Counted from the first letter of the stretch, positions 49,548 to 63,345 are shown. The stretch: DNA of 64,000 nt from Schmidtea polychroa (GCA_044892525.1 CM097886.1:158968001-159032000), one strand, 5' to 3'. The notes: generated by a model not told the origin, from the letters alone. A program made the numbers and translations.

Positions 49548-50775
49548 TTTTATGATTTAATTCAAATACCACTAAATAATAAATAATAATGATAAGTTCT
49601 TCTGAAGGTCCAAACACTCTCACGTTCAAGACAGATTTATTCACTAAAAGTCTGCACAGTGGGCACATTCTTCCTTAGGAAAGTCACGTTCCACTCCAAA
49701 CAAAAATCGCTCTATTAGTAGGAGAGAAAAAGAGCAATACGGAACTGTTCGGACAAAACGAAAACACAAGAAACCCTAGAAAACTTTAAAACACGGTTTT
49801 TACAAAATGGATACCCAAAGGAGTTCGTAGAAAAAATATTTCTTGAGTGAATATAACTCTAATAGGCATAATACACAAAAGGAACATGTCAATAAGCCAG
49901 TAATATACCTACGCTTCCCTTTTTTAAACAATATGACATGTAACACAATCATAGCTTACATTCGCAATATGGTGCTGCCAGTTCATATTCGCCCAATTTT
50001 TATAACTGCTGCACCTTTGAAATCACAGCTTCGTAAGTTTCAAAAATCTCTAGTACCTGACATATTTCATCGAGATTGTATATGCCAATCCTCCACCAAA
50101 TGTTTTTGCTTCTCAAAAAACATTGTATACCAAATTACTTGCACAAGATGTGACGCATCGTACATAGGCGAAACACATAGAACGTTCCAAACAAGACTCA
50201 AAGAACAAAAAACAAAACCAACCATTATCACGAACACTGGAAAAAAGTGCACAAATCAGCACCACTCTTACACGAAACAAAATACAAAATGTTACAAGAT
50301 GTGTTCAAAAACTCATTGCAGACACTCTTTACATCAAAAAACTTAAACCGTTTATCAACATTCAACTAAATTAATGCTTAAATTAATATTTAATTAGATT
50401 TAAAATTTAAAATTAAAAAAATATTTAAAATATAAAAAACGTTTTTTTTATTAAAAAATTAAAAATTTAATTAAATTACAGAATTTAAAATTTAAAAAAA
50501 ATAGGAAATAATTTTTGGGTAATTAAAATAAAATATAAATAGAATATAATTAAACCAATAAATTTATTATAAAATACGAAATAAATTTATTATCCCTCAA
50601 CAATAATTATTTAATGTAATAATGATCAAATTCACTTGAAAAAGGCAGTGCCGAAAATTCATGGGTATCAACAAACATCGATATATTACTGATTTATAAT
50701 CTTCAAACTCTCTTTTTAATTCAATGGATAAAATAATCAGTGGTGAAATTGGAAGAAATAAAAGTTCTTATAATA
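49548..50775 (+). mobile_element. Penelope-like element, 5'-truncated (RT thumb + GIY-YIG + pLTR), copy B
   Basis: RAIRNCS...FLQNGYPKEF; NIVYQITCTRCDASYIGETHRTFQTRLKE; ...LYIKKLKPFINIQ; followed by a pLTR-like region with a hammerhead motif. Confidence 0.88.
50631..50665 (+). ncRNA. Minimal type I hammerhead ribozyme variant (C3U/G8A core) in PLE pLTR
   Basis: TTCAC TTGAAAA A GGC AGT GCC GAA AATT C ATGGG: short stem II, palindromic AATT stem III, predicted cleavage after C50660. Confidence 0.6.
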
Positions 50776-51969
50776 ATAAATAATACATTAATAAATAACA
50801 CATTTTTAAAATTTTAAGAACTAATCGATAATAAATACTAATTAATTAAATTTCTTTATTTAACTTTTCAATAAGTATCTCATGTTTGATTTAAATTTTG
50901 TTAATTATTCCAAATATGATTTGTTTCCAATCATGGGCATTTACCGTTGGAAATGTTCATTAAAAGTGAATTATGAAATTTCTTTATATTTTTCTTTCAA
51001 ATTTTATTAAAACTAATAATTCCAAATATCATTGATTATAATTTTGTTTGTCAATAAACCAACTTACAAATTTACACAGAAAGGAATTGGAAAAATAGTC
51101 TCATATAAACCAAACCCATCCTGTTAAACTATTGAATTTAAGATTATAAATTAATATTTTGCTTTATATTTATCATATTGATCTATAGTTATAAAGAAGG
51201 GGGATATACTAGTTTGCATGGGATAAAACTATATCTAATATAAAAAATAATCAAAAAGCTTACATTAAAGAAACATACAAACTTACCTTTGTGCTGATTT
51301 TTAATGTTGCATGGAATAAAATCATTTATATAGAAAGTTGTAGAAAAAATAAATTGAAAACAAGCACTACACATAGTAAAAATTGCATGTTAACTTTCGA
51401 TATGTAATTGTTGCATAGAACAAAAAAAATTAATTTTATTATTTGGAAAAAATGTCAGGTAAAAATTTAGAATTTGATGCCGAACACATTGCGGAATTCA
51501 ATTTTAAAGAGTTGTCTAGAAAATAAAGATAAAATAGTAAACGATGAAAACTAATTTCATTTTGGGAGTCCTTATTAATAATAAAATTTAAGGGATAAAT
51601 TAAAAAAAAATCAATAACCTTAAAACATTATTTTATTAATATTCGTCATTTTTTTCAAAATGCATAAATAAAGTAATAATATGTGGCAAATCATAATAAA
51701 ACAGTAAATTTAAGTTAAAAATTATTTAAACTTATATTAAATCAGTGGTTCTCACACTTTTTAAGATCACAACTTCCTTATATTTTTATCATTTTAGTTA
51801 TTTTAAAGACACTCAACAACACTAATAAGTGTTATTTCGAATATTATTTTTAGAAGTTATAAGACCATTATAATATTTTCTAAATTATTACAATTTTGTG
51901 ATGTCAATACGTTTATTTAATAAATCAAATATTTTTCTGTCAACAATATAAAAATATTATAATTAAGAT

Positions 51970-52500
51970 TGTGATTAATGATTTTTGAAAATTTCTTTAA
52001 TATTTGGTTATGTTTGACAGACATACTCTCAACTTATTCTCCATTGACTTTAGTTTTTCTTTTTTTGTTTTTATATCGGCGTAAATTTCTGAATGTTTTA
52101 CAATCATTGCATATAGACTTAATTTTCTCATGCAGAGATGCTAGAAAAAGATTTCGTTTCCAGTCATAGGATTCCATGGATATTTCTGTAAAATAACTTA
52201 TTTTTTCTTCTAAAGCCCTCGAAGAAAAATCCTTACAATTCTTTTCGGCAGTTTTTTGAAACATTCATATTACCTTTACTTTTACGTTCGACAATTTTAT
52301 TTTTACATGGAAAATTGTCATTTATCTATTAAAAGACAAAATATTTTCTTTTCATGCTTCAAGTTCAACTTATTCGAATTCTCAAATGTCAACCAAATAT
52401 GACAATTCGAATGCCAACTATTGTTTTGCAATGACTTACAAAATTTTTCTTTGCCTTCTTACTGAAAAAAGTATTAGTAATAGTTCTTTTAGTTCGATAA
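51970..52500 (-). pseudogene. Possible pogo/Tigger HTH-CENPB remnant
   Basis: Weak resemblance of minus-strand fragments (..KNKKRKTK..E.VE..; RQRKIL*VIAKQ) to the Tigger N-terminus. Confidence 0.25.
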
Positions 52501-53169
52501 AAACAATTCAAGATGCGAACTTTCGAAAGCCATATTATTTATCTCATTTCTTTAGAGTTTTGTAAATATTCTGAAGTTAAACATTACTTTTGGCATTATT
52601 CGTTCAATACATGCTTTAATTTCAGTCATACAGTTTTATCACCAGTACTTCGCGATGTATAAAACTATGTATCAATATGATATTTTCATTTTGTTTTTTA
52701 CAATGACACAAATCCTCTGAGACAACCTACCATAGAAGTAGCAACATTTGTGTATATGCTTACACAAGATTTCCACGATTTACCAACATAATTATAAATA
52801 ATTTAGATTCACTGATTTTATTTATAAATAAGAACAATACCTTATCACGCCTTTAAATGAATAATAATAGAAATACAGGTACATTTACAAAATGAATATA
52901 TCCAAAAATTGACTATAACTTCTATTACCTTCCTCTTGAATAAATATATAACCTTTTTTTAGAAAAATAGTGATTTTTAATTATTGAAAAGCCTAATAAT
53001 AAGAGTACACTCATAAATATTTTTGTTAAGTAACATCTCAAAGACCAATGAGAATTCAAAGTCTTTTATCCTATTTTTTGCGCGTAATTTTGACAAAAAA
53101 ATAATATTGTATTTATTAAAAAGAAATCAGTGGTGAAAATTGAAAAAAGTTTTTAAAATTAAAAATAAT

Positions 53170-54560
53170 ATGTTACTGAAAACGACCTTTCAGCTTCGAC
53201 ACTTGTTGGCTTTATTGTGAAAGTGCATAACAGTTTCAAATTGTGGGTTTTAGAAGATTTTCTTCAATGTGTTTAAACTCAGTGTTAATGTTAAAACACT
53301 GTAAGCCTTTCTTAGGCAGCTTTAATTTTTTCAGTTTTGTCATATTAGGTCAACATCACCTTTTACAAAATTAGTATTATATTATAATTCGTTGTTTGAT
53401 GTTGCGGCCGCTAGAGTATTATTTTCTTTTTCAATATTTTGAATTTCATTTGGAAGTCTCAAAATCGTTTGTTCAGCAAATGTATTCATGTTTTGTCGAG
53501 AACTCATGGAAAGTTAATTTGACCAGGCATTTTTACCTTATGGTTCTGAATTAATTAAGTATTTCAATAATGAAAGAACTTCTTTACGCTTTCGTGATAA
53601 ATGACAGTAAATATGGAACTCATTTATGAAAACAGAATAGGATAATCTTTACTGCTAAGTTTAGTCAGCTTTAAGTAAAGTTGTGTCTTCTGAAGAAAGA
53701 AGTTTGAATGCAATTTTGAGAGGGCGAAGAGTTTTAGCTTTCTTTTTTAACAATGCATTCTTCAAAAGCATTTGGTGTTTAAGGTGTTACTTTCAAATCT
53801 CTAAAAAAACTATTCTTTCGTGTTTTACAATCTAAAGCAAGCTTGAAATTTTCGCTGTATCATTTCTTAACAAAGTTCTGTAATCTATCATTCCTTAGAG
53901 GAAATTTCCGAAACGTTCGGTCAATTTTTCTGACTTTTCCAATCGCTTCAGTCTCATTTGTTTCAGTGTCAATTCCAAACAAAGGATCAATCGCTTTGAT
54001 TTTTTTTTGGTTTCTTCATATTCTTCACAAAATTCCTCTTCATCAATATGAACATTGTGGCATTCATCGCGACTATTTTACAATAAAGAATATCATAAAC
54101 TACCAAGTAAATACAATGTATGACAATGATATGATAATATTTCTTTTCAAAATTTATCCATTAATGACGCCATCAGTCATGCATCTTACAATATGAGTCT
54201 TAAAATACAAACCAAACTTTTATAATCTTTCACCATTTCTATTATCCTGGAGTAATTTAAGATAAGAGAAACCTTGATCACTCATGTAACTAATGTTCAA
54301 TTTTTGAAATACATTGAAAACTTAATTAATCAATACTAGCAAGGCTTGAAATTTATTCTTCAAATTGATTTTCTTGGAATAAATCCAGTCAAAGATTTTG
54401 TTTCTTAGGCACAGAATCTGATTCTTCAAAAGATAGGTCATCACATCACAAAAAGGAAAATGCACTCAAAAATGAAGTAGGACCTCCATCGCACTTTTTG
54501 TTGTTTTTTTGCAAAGTGCAGTTTCTTTTGTCTGGCGAGAAAAATATTCCCCAATCTTAG
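53170..54560 (-). pseudogene. hAT transposase remnant
   Basis: IVRCMTDG, KVRKIDRTFRKFPLRNDRLQNFVK, LDCKTR.NS and TIKPTSVEAERSFS (dimerisation motif); many stops. Confidence 0.8.
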
Positions 54561-55160
54561 ATATTTTTGGTATCGTCATTATGACATTGAATTATTAATA
54601 AGAAAATTAAATACACCAAATAGCAATTCATAATGGCTTAATTGACTTTGATTTAAAGATTAAATAATGTAAATAAAACTTAACTATAATAAATGTGTTT
54701 TTAATTTCACCACCAATTCAAACAAATTTTTAATTCTGGAAGATTTCTTTCATTTTTTAAAACTGTAAATATAGAAAACCGGAGACTCGTAAATGCCTAA
54801 GAAGACAGAAATCCTAAGATTTTACTAAAGATAAGGTTCTCATTGTCTAAATATACATCATAATCATTAAATTATATATCTTTATCTTTTTATATGTTAG
54901 TTATTATTTATTAAACTTGGATGTCAGTTTTCAATTAATTCAATTAGTTTATAAATAAATTTAGGAATCGTTGGCCCAAAAATAAGTGTAAAAAATTATT
55001 ATGATTATATAAATCAGTTAAAAATTTGCCAATTAAATTTTAACATTTATTTTTTGAAAAAGTAATTAAACAATTCATAATTATTTTGATCTTAAATTAT
55101 TAATTGGATTAATTTTGGTTTTATCGTTAATTCAATTTCTTGCATTCACATTTATAATTT

Positions 55161-55671
55161 ACTAGCTGTTGTACCCGGGTTCGCCCGCATTTACATTTAT
55201 TATAATTCATTTAAATTAATTTTTTGTTTAATGATGTTATTACGTTCCAGTATTAATTTTATAACAGCTTCAATTCTATGTTTAATTCACAATATGAAAA
55301 GCTTTCAAAATAAATTTCAATTTGTAAAATTGAAAAGGCACTCCAATTTAAATCGAAAAATAACTGGAAATATTTTTCCAATTGCAAACTGGTTCACTAA
55401 TCAAATAAAATTCAAATTCTCCATGTTTGAATTCTGCTTTGAAATCCTTTGACTAAATTATATTATTTTCAACTGCAAGTAGCAAGCATATAATAAATTA
55501 TTATTTATGTCGTAAATTGCTGACCGGACAGACAAAAAAACGACTTAGGGTACCCTATGGGTGGTGACCTGGGATTGAAACATAGCCTATGACCTGTCCC
55601 AGTCAAATGAGAGCCACATGCAAAATTTCAGCACCCTAAGTCCAACAAACTTTCATCTTTATATATTAGAT
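55161..55671 (+). mobile_element. Non-autonomous Helitron-like (Lep1-like) element
   Basis: Starts ACTAGCTGTTGTACCCGGGTTCGCCCG and ends ..TAGCCTATG..CATGCAAAATTTCA..CAAACTTTCATCTTTATATATTAGAT, resembling widespread invertebrate Helitron-like short elements. Confidence 0.55.
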
Positions 55672-56435
55672 TTGTGCATTTTTAAAAATATTAATCTTTA
55701 AAATATTTTGTAAATTTTTACCCATCATTATGGCATTTTTATTCATATCAAATATATTTTTTTTGAAATAATAATCAAGTTAACGTTTAATTTATATAAA
55801 AAGTGCATTGATCATTATTTTTCATTCACTTTGAAACGATTAAATAAAATGTCTTTTTCATATTTTTCAACATAATTTAATTGAATTTGTAATCTTTTAA
55901 ACGTTTTTGTAAAAAATGCCGTATTATTTTTCAATTTACTCGAGTAAAATTTAAATTAAATCTTGAGAAAAAACAAATGTATATTTTGACTGAACTTTTA
56001 TGTGGATTGATTTTTGCGAACTATATTTTGTTGATATAGAAACGAATAAAATAATTTTCCCATTCTCATTTTTTTTCTCACTAAATTTTGCAGGGAAGCA
56101 AATCTTTATACAACTGCAATTGAATAATAATGTATGCGTTTGGGTGTGTTTCAAAGTTTTGTTTGAGAAATCTATTTTTATTCTTCCAATGACGTCATAT
56201 TTTCCTAAATTCTCAGAGGTTAATAGTAAAGGTTCTCATTGTCTAAATATGCATCATAATCATTAAATTCCTATTCTTTTATTGGATGATTGGCAAATAT
56301 ATGTAGGTGTTCAGTTAACTAATAAAAAATATCGATGATGCGAATCTCTGATTATTTTTAAAATATTTATTACAAGACAACTGTATTCGATTTATGATTT
56401 ATACGCAATTCGGAAATTTATAGAATTTATATATT

Positions 56436-56583
56436 ATGTCTAGTTTCTTGTCGGGTGGTGGGAAGCATGCTAATTTTGGACATGTTCTCCATAATTCAAG
56501 CAACCTCTATTTTAATCCTCGTGAGTTTTCCAAACGACTTGAATGTTCTCATAAAAATCGTATGACGATTCTCGTTACCACAG
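56436..56583 (+). CDS. TBC1D30: TBC1D30 putative alternative first coding exon (short isoform)
   Basis: ATG-initiated open frame ending in a phase-1 GT donor (56584), compatible with the acceptor at 56710 across a 127-nt intron. Confidence 0.55.
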
Positions 56584-56710
56584 GTATTTGGTATGCACGA
56601 TTACTGCATGTTATTAATATGATTGTTAATTTTTTTTGTTGTCCCAAAAATGTTATTGTAACTGTTTTGTGTTTTTATAATCAATAATTTTATTTGAAAT
56701 TTGATGTCAG

Positions 56711-56838
56711 GAGAAGACACTAAATTAAAATTTGTTATGGAACCTAAACCAGGAAACGAAGCTTTTCGGCAGTGGTGTGAAGCAATGAAAGGGGTTGCAC
56801 GATTACCACTTGGTTTGCCATCAGAAATTCGTAAAAAA
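56711..56838 (+). CDS. TBC1D30: TBC1D30 coding exon 3
   Basis: EDTKLKFVMEP...FRQWCEAMKGVARLPLGLPSEIRKK; TCAG acceptor, GT donor. Confidence 0.93.
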
Positions 56839-59800
56839 GTATTTTTTATATTTTATTTGACACTGTTGTTTAATATTATTTTGTTATTATTATTCCTGAT
56901 TAAATACATGTTAAACAATCAATTAATCATCTTTCGTTGTGTAAATATACCGATTGATGTCATATTTAGACCAGAAATATTGATCTGATATGAAAATTGT
57001 GTAATGAGAAAAGGTCTTGTCTTGTAATTAAATTTAAATTAAACAGTGCAAGGCAAATTTTTAAATTAGAAGAAATTTATGTTTTCTGATATATTAGCGT
57101 ATTAAGCTTTGTAAGTTTGACTTCAACCCTTCCGATTTTACGCGCTTCAGGATAATTTTAGGTTCCAAAACATTAATGGATTCATTATTTGTGACTTTCT
57201 ATATCTTTTGAGTTTCGAAATATTTTTCGTTTGACATCAGAAATGGGAATTATTGGTATTATTAAATATTTAGAATGAGCAAATTTTGACTTAAAATGAA
57301 TTTGTTACTTAAAGAGAAATCGAATAAATCAGCAAGCTCATTTATATGCTATTTTTTGCTTCGGTTTGAAATTTGCATTTTGGAAAAGTTAGAATTAGTT
57401 GTTAAGGAAATAATTTGTTTTCTATAATTATTCAAAATTATTTAGGCGGGAATATAAAATCGAGATATTAGTTGCAAATATTAAAATGTGCACTCGAAAT
57501 TAGATATCTTACTGTATTATTTATTATTTATCACCAAATTTGTATTATTATTAAATAAATGAATTTTCCCCATTATATGTAATATTTCTCACAATTCGTT
57601 ATCTTACTGAATAATTTTCAAATTCTGCATATTAAATTTTATTAAATTGATCTCATGGAATTTTTAACTACACCACATAATAACAAATTTCTATTGTAAA
57701 CCAAGAATGGAGTCAATTATTCCCAGATAATTTCAACTGTAATAACAACAATAATAAAAATGTTAAATTGATGGGAATTCCCATCTGTCAACAAATTAAT
57801 TGAAATAAACTTAAAGCCTTGAATAAACAGCAGTTGTTAATACATTTCATTAATATTTCAGCTGTCTAATAAAATTATTTTGTTACATACTGATTTCTTT
57901 CTTGGNNNNNNNNNNNNNNNNNNNNNNNNNNNNNNNNNNNNNNNNNNNNNNNNNNNNNNNNNNNNNNNNNNNNNNNNNNNNNNNNNNNNNNNNNNNNNNN
58001 NNNNNNNNNNNNNNNNNNNNNNNNNNNNNNNNNNNNNNNNNNNNNNNNNNNNNNNNNNNNNNNNNNNATTATGTAATTTAGAGTTAAACAATGACATTAT
58101 TGTCGTTGGAAATTAGTAATAGAATGTTTTTCATAGACATCTTTCAATTAGAAAATGTATCACTTATTAAGAAAGAATTATATTTTCTTGTTTGATTGCA
58201 TTATTTTTTAATTCCTAGTATATTTTAAATCATATTTTAATATTCAATCTTCTAAGAAATTAATATTTCAAGTATTTTTAATAACCCTGTATTATACCCG
58301 GTAGTATTAATGAAAAGACGAAAAATTTAGAAATCTATGGTCATAATTCAATGATTTAGATTATAACACGCATAAAAGATAGGAGCAACAACTGATTAAG
58401 ACCGTGTTTCCGAAACTTTTTTATACAATATCCCACATAAACTTTTCTGCGAGTCCCATGACCTCTATGCATAGAGTTGCATAGAGACCTCTACGATCAG
58501 TCCTCCCGGATTCTAACTCCATGACCCGCACGGATATATATGTTCCGGAATTAGAGATTCGTATATTATTAAAATTAATTTAGTTTATGTTATATTTTCT
58601 TATATAGAGATCGAATTATTTTCAGAGCCCTATATTGACAACATTGTAAACCAACATTATTTTAAACATTTTAGCGAAAATCCTATTACTTAGGGTAATT
58701 TAATAAAAATTATTGTATTTATACTCTGTTTGACTGGCAGAGAGTTTTTTTTATTATTTCAATTATTATAAATCGCAATTGAATATTGATACTTTAAATG
58801 CAGGGGTTATAACAAAGTTTAATTTTGAGTGTTATATACGTGCAAGAACTTCAAACAGCAAATAGAAAACTGTGATGAAGTGTCCTTAAAAAATTCATTC
58901 TGTAACAAAATACTCATATAACAAATTAAATTACTTATATTTTGTTATTAAATAAATTTGTATTGTGTTAGTATTAGATTCATTAAAACTATTTTTATGA
59001 AATTACCTAGTCCCGTTGACAAATGTCCCAGATTGTACTCCACCCTACCTATGTAACATACATGTTTCAATATTCCAAAATGGAGTTTAATATAAAAAAT
59101 TTGCGTACTTAATACAGTTGGTGAAAACCAAATACACATTAAAAACATATTTTTAATTCTTATAGAATATACATATAGATATGTATATAGAAATATAGAA
59201 TACAAAAATTCATAGAAAGGATTATGTAGGTATGTATTATATATGTATTATTTTTTATTTATATAGTTTTGAAATTGAAATGTTTAAAAAAAAGAAATTT
59301 TAAGTGATTATATAAAGTGTTTATATGACTCAAATTGTAGGAACATAAAAATGATAGAAACATTAAAAATATATTGATCAACGGATACAATATAGTTTTG
59401 AAGATTTTAATGGTTTCGTTTCGTATTTGTTCCATTTCCACGATTGAGATTGGCAAAAGCACACAAGTTGCCATAAATAAATGTAAAATCGGTGCATAGG
59501 GAAGATTTTCACGAATTAAACTCGATATTTTTCTTTTTCAAATTTGAAATGCGAACTGATATTTCCATTAGGTGAACTTCGAACACCGATAACACAAAGA
59601 TATGTGAAGAACAAAATGATTGATTTTGATGCAATTATACATTGTATATTGAAGGGAAGTGGTACGATGTTCGACAAATTGTTGCGATTCAAGAGTTTTG
59701 AATACATTTTAATTTTCCTTTGATTAGTTGCAAAAGTAAGGTGGACAGAATACAATAATATTTAATTACAAAAAACTTAATAAATTAAATAAAATTAAAT

Positions 59801-59997
59801 GTGCATGTTTCTTTGTATTTCAACAGTCCTTTAATTTTATTTGTAGGTCTTTTGCACATATTTTTGGAAAAAACAGGGTTAAGATTGTTTTACAAATTTT
59901 TAATATTTTATAATAAATCTGACATAACTACGTATTTATTGATATTCTTTTTTAATGAAAATGTTCTTACAATTGATGGATTAATTTAATAAAAAAG

Positions 59998-60300
59998 GTG
60001 TGGTTGTCACTTGCAAACAATCATATAACGGTTCAGAAATATGATTGGAATCGAGTCATTAAGTTTGCCTTCAATGAAAGATCAAATCCAGATGATGATT
60101 CACTTGGTTTGCAAATTGTCAAGGATCTGCATAGAACAGGCTGTGATACATTTGCTACTGAATCTGAAAGAGCAATTTTAAAACGGGTTCTTCTTGCATA
60201 TGCAAGATGGAATAAGCGTGTCGGTTATTGTCAGGGATTCAATGTTCTCGCTGCAATTATTTTAGAAGTTATGGAACGAAACGAAGAAGATTCTTTAAAA
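59998..60300 (+). CDS. TBC1D30: TBC1D30 coding exon 4 (Rab-GAP TBC domain)
   Basis: VWLSLA...FNERSNPDDDSLGLQIVKDLHRTGC...LKRVLLAYARWNKRVGYCQGFN, containing the IxxDxxR and YxQ catalytic motifs. Confidence 0.96.
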
Positions 60301-61969
60301 GTTTGATTTTTTTGAATAAAATTTGTAAATATAATGATAATAATAGTTTTATGTTACAGTAAATATATGGATATGTTTTGTATTGGGCTGTGGCGTGGTG
60401 AGCTAACTGGCTTCCGTGCATTATATAGCCCTGCCCCCTGATTACGCCGCTTGTATTGGGCATCAAATAATCCCTATACTTTGATTATAAATATTTCTTT
60501 AAAATTCATTTTAAATACTATCAAATACCTACCAGAAATTTTAATGAAAGCCTTGGGCTAAATAACACGGAGTCCAATGAGACATTTTTTAAATATTTCA
60601 TTAACTGAGTAAAAATCATAGAATATTTACATATAAAAATATCTTCTAAAATTAAATATCACAATTTTATTTTATTTTTAATGTGTTTATTAAAACAGTT
60701 GATGCTAACATGCTTATATTTAATGTTAATTTAGGAGAATTAGTGAATTATAAAAATAAATTCCTGTTTAGGGTTGTAAATTGGCAACGAAAATTTTAAA
60801 ATAATTCATACGTCTGTTAAATATGCTGACTATGAAGCGTGATAAAATCAATTTTTAATTTATATTATTGTTACATTGTAAGAATTAACATATATTTCTA
60901 GTTTTAATTTGGTAATATCTTGATTTTCAACGATTTTTTTGATTTATTTTATTTCTCATATTATTTGTTAATTTTTCATATGATGATATATTATCAAGTT
61001 TAGAGTGGAAAATAAATTGATATTTGTAAATGAGTTTTATAAGTTACCAAGAAATATATACATCTAAAATGTCACGATAAAATATAATTGTATTTTTTAA
61101 TTAATACACATTATTCTGTATTAACAATATTTTTCTTTTTTTTGATCTTTTTTGATCTGTTTTTATTTTCTTAACATTTCATTTATTTTCAATACGACTA
61201 CAGATTATAGAATTCTCCTATATAACACATATTTTTTAACACTGCCTTTTCCAAGAGTTATGAACACTTTAGTACAGGATCGATCCAAGGGGCCGATTGT
61301 ACAGACGATCGTTTGGGGTGCTAGATCTTGTGGACGCCGTAATACCAAATAAAGGTACAATATTCATTTAAAATTATCAAACAATATTTTTAAAGAATAT
61401 AATTTGGTATTATTTGTCGCACTGGTGCACTAACCTAAGCGATTAGCTGTAAAATAATAAAAACATACATTTAGATTATTTAATGTCAATCATGAAACGC
61501 TTTTCATAATCTACATATCAATGGGGATGACGACTAGAATTTCTGAGAAAATCTGAAGGACTGTTCAAACAATATCAGTAGCTATTTCATATTAGTGAGG
61601 TTCTTAGCATGTCAAAATTTTCTTTCTTTAGTAGATAGATGTGAGGCATTCAGCACATTTGATTCTGATTGCCTGACGAAGATGACTTATTCGATGCGGA
61701 ATGAATCAGAGTTCATTCTGATGTGTTATGATATTTGTTATTATTTATGGTATGACCTACACAAGGATTTGAAATTGGCATGTCAGATAAAAAGCATAAC
61801 TCATAATCTTTTTCGAAAATTTAGCTGTCCATTTAACAAAGACAGATTCATCATTGATGAGTCATACTTTTATTGAAAGTCTATTAAAATTTAATTTTGT
61901 ATATTATTTTAAATATCTGAAATAAGGCATTAAAAATTAAATGAAAAGTTAATTATTTTAATTCTATAG

Positions 61970-62135
61970 ATCATGGTTTACCTGGTTGATCACATCTTAC
62001 CCGAGAGTTATTTTGCTCAAAATCTTCAAGCTCTTTCAATAGATATGGCGGTTTTTCGTGAATTGCTCAATATTCATGTTCCCAAGTTGGCTGCACATTT
62101 AAATAATTTACAAGTGCAATCTCAACAGCAAAATG
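61970..62135 (+). CDS. TBC1D30: TBC1D30 coding exon 5
   Basis: IMVYLVDHILPESYFAQNLQALSIDMAVFRELL; phase 0 to phase 1 junctions are consistent. Confidence 0.95.
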
Positions 62136-62183
62136 GTATTATAATTTTGCTTTATGTTTTTCATTCTTGATATTTTTACACAG

Positions 62184-62370
62184 CTTCATATATAAATAAC
62201 AATCACTATGAACCTCCTTTAACTAATGTTTTCACAATGCAATGGTTTCTCACGCTTTTTGCTACTTGTCTTCCACCTGATCTTGTTTTGCATATTTGGG
62301 ATTCAATAATGCTCGAAGGATCTGAAATAATTTTTCGAACTGGACTGGCTATTTGGGAATTATTATCTGA
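62184..62370 (+). CDS. TBC1D30: TBC1D30 coding exon 6 (after a 48-nt intron); gene continues downstream
   Basis: YEPPLTNVFTMQWFLTLFATCLP...IWDSIMLEGSEIIFRTGLAIW; GT donor at 62371. Confidence 0.95.
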
Positions 62371-63279
62371 GTATGTTAATTATAGATTATATTGTTACTT
62401 TTGAATTTGTAACACTATAAAATTTAATTGAAATTTGAATGATATTAATTAAAACAAAAATATATTATCAGTGAAATCCATTTTATTTTTCACTTATCTA
62501 TATTTTTTACTTTAGAAATTCATTTATCTCTGTTTAGATTTGGATCATTAATCAATGTTTTTTCTTATTCAGCACAAAACCTCGACTCTTTCCAATAACA
62601 CGAAACAGCCAGTGTTGAGAATTTGTTTTAGTGTACTGTAAATATAAATTTGTCGTCATAATATGAAATAAATAGTGTTATGGTTTTTCTAATTTGTTTC
62701 GCAACAGTTAGGAATAAACATTGATCTTTAATCGACATTTAAAGGAAGATAAATGAAAAAGAAATGTTATATTATTGAATATTTTCAATTATTGATTGTT
62801 CTACTTATTTTATATATAAATGGTAATTATTATCAGCAAGCTATTTTCCGCTAGAATTAATACAGGGGTTTTCATCACATTTTTTTTCTTGGCGCCTCCC
62901 CATCTTTTTTTTAAATATATATAATAATATAAACACGTTTTAAACAATAATAACTTTTAGGATATATTTTTAGGATAGTCATTTTTTTTTCAGAGTTACA
63001 TAACAAAATATTTCTTTTAAGAAAACCCAAAGTTATGTTATTGATAGTATAAAGTGATGATTTCTTGGTTACAGCACAATAAAGTGATAATTTAAGCCTT
63101 TTGATGCGATAAGATGTAAGAAAAAGGAAATAAAAGAAAGATCGAGATGTATGTTCGAAAAGAAGAATGCTTAATTCCAGGAGATTGACAAGGACTATCT
63201 TATAGTCGAAAATTTTTTCATTAAATAAATTATTCGCAGCAAAAGGCTTAAATTATCACTTTATTATTTTATATTATTG

Positions 63280-63345
63280 TATTATTATAAGAACTTTTAT
63301 TTCTTCCAATTTCACCACTGATTATTTTGTCCATTGCATTAAAAA
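63280..63345 (-). repeat. Additional fragment of the PLE pLTR-associated repeat
   Basis: Minus strand ATGGACAAAATAATCAGTGGTGAAATTGGAAGAAATAAAAGTTCTTATAAT is nearly identical to 50725-50775. Confidence 0.75.

Larger units (their letters stand above)
14044..58067. other. Assembly gaps (N runs) at 14044-14193, 27577-27747, 31081-31227, 35483-35635, 37956-38115, 44552-44750, 57906-58067
   Basis: Seen directly. Confidence 0.98.

Noticed and set aside
27419-58116. ORFs containing X runs
   Set aside because: Artefacts of translating through N gaps.
61595-61876. 93-aa ORF ending RFIIDESYFY (Tc1/mariner-like first D)
   Set aside because: Too little motif support; lies in TBC1D30 intron 4 and is not part of the gene.
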